Shown: positions 63,499 through 64,000 of the stretch, one piece after another
How positions within the stretch are numbered: position 1 is the first letter of the stretch
How the letters are laid out: each line of letters starts with the position of its first letter
Source: an uncultured Clostridiaceae bacterium
GTDB lineage: Bacteria; Bacillota; Clostridia; Lachnospirales; Lachnospiraceae
Assembly: GCA_947177415.1 (NCBI GenBank)
Contig: CAMWUK010000005.1
Span: 1,290-65,289, forward strand
Reading direction: 5' to 3'
Length of the DNA: 64,000 nt
Position numbers and translations under genes: made by a program
The notes under the pieces: generated by a model
What the model saw: only the letters and a program-made list of their open reading frames with translations
The model's database searches: none
What the model was told of the DNA's origin: nothing

Positions 63499-64000
63499 CT
63501 GGCACTTTCCCTATTTCTCCTAAATATCTGATTATTTGCAACTAGCTCTGGGAAGGAAACAGGTGTATAATTATTGATACATGCTCCTGCATTTAAAGCC
63601 CTATCCAAATTTTTCATATATGCAAAGGCACCATCTGTTCTATTATGTATATGACCATAAATCTGATAAACATCTCCAAAAAAACCACTCCACTCAGCAA
63701 GAGGAAAATGTGACAATACAATATGTTTCTGGTTGTCTGTTATCTCTAATTGATACTCTGCCGAAGCAAAATATCCCATTGCTTGTTCGTCTTTCAGCAA
63801 CTTCTTATCATGATTACCTATGATTAAGTGCTTCTCTCCTGTCAACCTCTTCAAATACCAACTAAATGGTTTTTCATTTCTATAAGCAAAATCTCCTACA
63901 ATATACACCTGATCATTCTTTGTAACTCTTCTATTCCATGAATCTATCAAGAATCTGTCCATTTCATTCACATTAGCAAAGGGTCTGCTGTCAAAGTTAA
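63495..64000 (-). CDS. Metallophosphoesterase, 5'-truncated by the window edge
   Basis: GDFAYRN, IIGNHD and GHIHN motifs. The frame stays open from 63971 to position 64000 (..NFDSRPFANV..), so the true start lies outside the window. Confidence 0.75.
   Translation of the reverse strand, partial: NFDSRPFANVNEMDRFLIDSWNRRVTKNDQVYIVGDFAYRNEKPFSWYLKRLTGEKHLIIGNHDKKLLKDEQAMGYFASAEYQLEITDNQKHIVLSHFPLAEWSGFFGDVYQIYGHIHNRTDGAFAYMKNLDRALNAGACINNYTPVSFPELVANNQIFRRNRESAR

Overview
This 64-kb window is low-GC and reads like a Firmicutes chromosome, probably a Clostridia/Lachnospiraceae-type gut anaerobe, though taxonomy cannot be proven from the window. I call about 62 protein-coding genes, mostly on the minus strand. 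I saw no rRNA, tRNA, CRISPR array, integrase or transposase gene.

Content is mostly accessory or adaptive:
- Two hybrid sensor kinases, two OmpR-type two-component systems, and an Hpt/REC-HD-GYP relay.
- A BlaI/BlaR1 pair with a PBP2a-like transpeptidase, plus a second BlaI/M56 pair.
- Three ABC exporters and a MATE pump.
- MarR, PadR, TetR, Rrf2, XRE and WYL regulators.
- ogt, lrgAB, and a SirTM-like sirtuin paired with a macrodomain protein.

Two things stand out.

1. An AT-rich island at about 34.5-42.7 kb is the best candidate for an undescribed defence or restriction-modification-like system. A WYL regulator is transcribed divergently from a tightly coupled operon with three main genes:
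- a methyltransferase-fold protein with no (D/N)PPY motif (323 aa);
- a 1344-aa fusion of a T5orf172/GIY-YIG-like domain, an SF2 helicase and a gamma-class N6-adenine methyltransferase with a target-recognition domain (TRD);
- a very AT-rich 464-aa protein that I could not assign.

2. The intergenic space carries a dense set of hairpin-rich MITE-like (miniature transposon-like) elements.
- At least 10 copies share the terminal inverted repeat (TIR) GTAAC(T/A)GTTCAG and have 8-bp target-site duplications (TSDs).
- A separate 209-bp family is present in two copies.
- Several copies have rewritten the 3' ends of genes, split operons, or landed in a 5' leader.

All domain calls come from reading motifs by eye; no database search was run.
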